A stretch of 26,832 bases of DNA. Origin: a virus. Taxonomy: Duplodnaviria; Caudoviricetes. Below, in pieces: positions 23,826-26,832 of the stretch; the first letter of the stretch is position 1, and every line of letters begins with the position of its first letter. The position numbers and the translations under genes were made by a program. The notes under the pieces are model-generated. The model ran no database searches. It was not told the origin of the DNA and saw only the letters and a list, made by a program, of their open reading frames with translations. Location of the stretch: IMG/VR virus record IMGVR_UViG_3300037541_000969, positions 1 through 26,832 of that record; one strand, 5' to 3'.

Positions 23826-25903
23826 AATCCTCGGACATCTCAGAAATCATCGGCCTGGTCGAAGAAGCAGAGACCGACGCAGCCAACTACTGGTCGCGCA
23901 AAAATCTCAACTACAACCAGAGGTTTTGTCTCTGGCCAGGACAAGACGACACCGGCCGCAAATACTCGTCAAACCTCGGCAAAAACGCATTCCCCTGGGA
24001 TGGCGCCTCCGACTCCCGAATCCGCCTTTCCGACATGCTCATTAATGAGCGTGTCCGTCTTCTCAAAAATTCCTTCGGCCGCGCCCGTCTCGCTGTGATG
24101 CCCACCGAGACCACTGACATCCAAGCCGGTCGCAAAGTTGAGACCGTCATCCAGTGGATCCTCAATTCGCACTGCGCCGCCATGACCAAGCGCGAGATCG
24201 AACTCGCCGCAAACATCCGCGAGACCTACGGCCTCGCCGTGATGGGCGTCTTCTGGCGCCGCACTACTCGCAACGAAAAGCTCACCTTCACGCTCGAGTC
24301 CCTCCAGATGCAATACATGGAGACCGGCGACCCCCAGCTCGCCCTCATCATCGAGGCCATCCTCGACCCCACGCAGGAAGAAGCAGTCGCCCGCGAGATG
24401 GATCTCCTGCTCCCCGGCCAAGGCACCGCAGCCAATGTCCGCAAGCTCCGCGAGACCGGTGCGTTTGAATACGACTCGCCCTACATCTTCGAGAACCTCC
24501 CCGATTGGCAAGCCTACGAGCCGTGGGAGGACATTATTTTCCCGCCCTCCACCTACGACCTCCAGCGGGCCCCTTTCATTGCCTGCCGCGAACTTCTCCG
24601 CGAGGACGAGCTCCGCGAGCGCGAGGTCACCGAGGACTACGACCCCCGCTGGATCGAAGAGGCCGTGAAGCACAAAGGCATCTCCCGCCGCACCGGCCGC
24701 AACATGTATCGCATCACCGACACATTCCTGCTCTCCGACGACCGCGACATGATCGAGGTGTGGCGCGTCTATCAGAAGAAGTGGAACGAAAAGATCGGCG
24801 CCATGGAGGTCATCTGCACCCACATCCAGCCCAGCGTCGTGGACCGCGTCGCCAAGTCCGAGGCGATGGGCTACGAGCACGGGCAGTATCCCTTCATCGA
24901 GCTACCCCTCGAGCGCACCAGCCGCCCCCTCATCGAGGCCCGAGGCGTGCCCGAGCTCGTCGCCACCCAGCAGAGCGAGATCAAGGTGCAGCGCGACTAC
25001 CGCAGCGACCGCGCCTCGCTCACCATTCTCCCCCCGCTCAAAGTCCCCGCCAACCGAGGCAAGATGGAAATCGTCCTCGGACCCGCCAAGCAGCTCCCAG
25101 AGCGTCGCCCCGGTGAATTCCAATGGATGGCCCCGCCTGTGAATGACATGGGCACCATCGAAATCGAAGCCGCCACCCGTCGCGATGTGGATGAATATTT
25201 CGGCATTCCCCGCGCCGACATGGCCCCGCAGCGGGCACTGCTCGCCCAGCAGGATCTGGTCGATACCTGGCTCGCCGACATGGCCCTCATCCTCGGCCAG
25301 ACCTTCCAGCTCTGCCAACAATACCTCGACGACATCCAATTCGTGCGAGTCGCCGGCGGCCTACCCACCCCCTTCCGCGCCAGCCGCCAGGATATCCAAG
25401 GCAAATACGACCTCCGCCTCGACTTCGACGCCCGCACGCTCGACTCCGAAGCGCTCAAGATCAAGCTGCAAGGGCTCACGCAGCTCATCCCTCTCGACAC
25501 GCAAGGCGTCATCGACCGCGCCGGTCTCGTCAAATTCCTCTTCGGCTCCATCGACCCCAATCTCTCCGAGCTCCTCATCCGCGACGCTGAGGCCGCCAGC
25601 CAGCAAGAGATCGACGACGAGCAAGTCCAGTTCACGAAAATCGCCGCCGGCACCGAGCCGCCGCTCAAAGGCGAAGGCCAAAACTTCCAGCTCCGCCTGC
25701 AAACCCTGCAAAACATCATCCAGAGCAACCCGGCCATCCAGCAGCGCCTGCAACAAGACCAAATCTTCGCCGCCATGCTCAACGCCCGCATGGAAAGTTT
25801 CGCCTTCCAAGTCCAACAACAACAAAACGCCCAGATCGGCCGCGTCGGCGCCCAGCCTGGTCTCCAGAAAGTCGCCGAAGAAATGCAAGGAGGCCCGCAG
25901 TGA
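23822..25903 (+). CDS. Portal protein, 693 aa
   Basis: ATG 23822; FPWDGASD, HGQYPFIE and RGVPELV...QSEIK motifs, a Q-rich C-terminal barrel, and a size typical of P22-like portals. Confidence 0.8.
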   Translation: MKSSDISEIIGLVEEAETDAANYWSRKNLNYNQRFCLWPGQDDTGRKYSSNLGKNAFPWDGASDSRIRLSDMLINERVRLLKNSFGRARLAVMPTETTDIQAGRKVETVIQWILNSHCAAMTKREIELAANIRETYGLAVMGVFWRRTTRNEKLTFTLESLQMQYMETGDPQLALIIEAILDPTQEEAVAREMDLLLPGQGTAANVRKLRETGAFEYDSPYIFENLPDWQAYEPWEDIIFPPSTYDLQRAPFIACRELLREDELREREVTEDYDPRWIEEAVKHKGISRRTGRNMYRITDTFLLSDDRDMIEVWRVYQKKWNEKIGAMEVICTHIQPSVVDRVAKSEAMGYEHGQYPFIELPLERTSRPLIEARGVPELVATQQSEIKVQRDYRSDRASLTILPPLKVPANRGKMEIVLGPAKQLPERRPGEFQWMAPPVNDMGTIEIEAATRRDVDEYFGIPRADMAPQRALLAQQDLVDTWLADMALILGQTFQLCQQYLDDIQFVRVAGGLPTPFRASRQDIQGKYDLRLDFDARTLDSEALKIKLQGLTQLIPLDTQGVIDRAGLVKFLFGSIDPNLSELLIRDAEAASQQEIDDEQVQFTKIAAGTEPPLKGEGQNFQLRLQTLQNIIQSNPAIQQRLQQDQIFAAMLNARMESFAFQVQQQQNAQIGRVGAQPGLQKVAEEMQGGPQ

Positions 25904-26832
25904 AATCCATCCCCTACAAAAAAGTCCGCGATGGCGTGATCTCCCGCATGGGCATTGATCCCGACCAGCCGCTCATGGCCTCGCAGGCCACGGCGTTGGC
26001 GGAGTATCTCACCACCGCCGCCGCGACCGCTTGGACCTTCTTCGACTGGCCCGAGGTTTACTTGACCGAAGAGCGCACTCCGAATGGCTCGGCTTGGTTT
26101 GCTACTGGCTATGTTTACCAATCGGAAGTCGTCGGCACCATTGCCTACTTTGGCCGCGCCCCGTCTGGTTCTGAGACCAGTGACCTCGTTTGGCGCGTCA
26201 AGAAAATAACAACCACCGACAGCGGCGATGTGGTCGCGGTCGAAACGGCTGTGGATATCGCGTGGGATGCCCGTGCCTCGGCGACCTATGCCGTTTCCAC
26301 TAATAACGACGCCGAGATTCCCTACATTCTTTTTGACCAGGATAACCTTTCTCCCATCGGCGAAATCATGGCCATCTGGGACGCCGACCCGACGAGCGGA
26401 GCCTATGCCCGCAAGGTGCGGTATTTACTCAACGAGGACCGTGTGCTGCTCATCGATGCAACAGGCGAGACCGGCAATGTGTGGGTGCAGTTCCTGCTCC
26501 CGCAACCTCGCTTCACGACAGACGATTTTTCCGTAGCCACCGCCTACGCAGCCGGAGATATCGTGTTCTACAACACCACCGGCGATTGCTACATCGCCCG
26601 CCAATCCACCACCGGCAACCTCCCCACCGATTCGGAATACTGGCGTCGCTACCGCATCCCCGCGTTCTTGGCCGATTACCTTAAATTTTACGCACTCGCT
26701 GAAACGCTCTCCGAGGACGGCCAGATGGACAAAGCCAACTACCAGTTCGCCCGCGCCGAAGGCATCCTCCAGCAAAGAATGGACGACGCCTGGCTGCGCA
26801 AAGGCGAGGTCCGCCGCTACTCCGCCAGCTTC
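25900..26832 (+). CDS. Putative head-tail adaptor/tail tubular protein with inserted domains (3'-truncated; not in the ORF track)
   Basis: GTGA overlap with the portal stop and open to the window end: VKSIPYKKVRDGVISRMG...AWTFFDWPE...RIPAFLADYLKFYALAETLSEDGQMDKA. This is the helical start/end pattern of podovirus adaptors. Confidence 0.65.
   Translation, partial: MKSIPYKKVRDGVISRMGIDPDQPLMASQATALAEYLTTAAATAWTFFDWPEVYLTEERTPNGSAWFATGYVYQSEVVGTIAYFGRAPSGSETSDLVWRVKKITTTDSGDVVAVETAVDIAWDARASATYAVSTNNDAEIPYILFDQDNLSPIGEIMAIWDADPTSGAYARKVRYLLNEDRVLLIDATGETGNVWVQFLLPQPRFTTDDFSVATAYAAGDIVFYNTTGDCYIARQSTTGNLPTDSEYWRRYRIPAFLADYLKFYALAETLSEDGQMDKANYQFARAEGILQQRMDDAWLRKGEVRRYSASF

Noticed and set aside
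18760-26121. Long antisense ORFs over terL, scaffold, capsid and portal
   Set aside because: Explained by codon bias of the sense genes; no recognisable motifs or coupled starts.
1-26832. Diversity-generating retroelement, intron or intein
   Set aside because: No reverse transcriptase motif, no template/variable repeat pair noticed, and terL, helicase and capsid genes appear uninterrupted.

Overview
This window is about 27 kb of a temperate tailed phage with a podovirus-like gene set. It is seen in its free (excised) form, because attP is intact in mid-window with phage genes on both sides. From left to right it holds: ejection/internal virion genes ending in a 1976-aa polyvalent protein (zincin HExxH domain, ART-PolyVal-like domain, low-GC C-terminal domain with a small acidic partner gene); a tyrosine integrase and an attP carrying the 3' half of tRNA-Thr(CGT); two lysogeny membrane genes; a divergent pair of ribbon-helix-helix regulators; an early recombination/replication operon (Xis-like HTH, Sak4-like ATPase, Cas4-like nuclease, SSB, RuvC-like resolvase, C5 methyltransferase, SF4 helicase); an iteron-rich putative origin; and packaging/head genes (TerS candidate, TerL, scaffold, major capsid, portal, adaptor). 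Three observations stand out. (1) A GQA[M/I/F]P(D) motif marks the domain junctions of the giant protein and recurs exactly (GQAMPD) just after the DNA-binding domain of the putative repressor, suggesting an injected protease that processes its own polyprotein and also cuts the repressor. (2) The methyltransferase is encoded as two almost fully overlapping reading frames that start 2 nt apart. (3) GC skew reverses at attP and near the putative origin. All product calls come from motif recognition by eye; no database searches were run.
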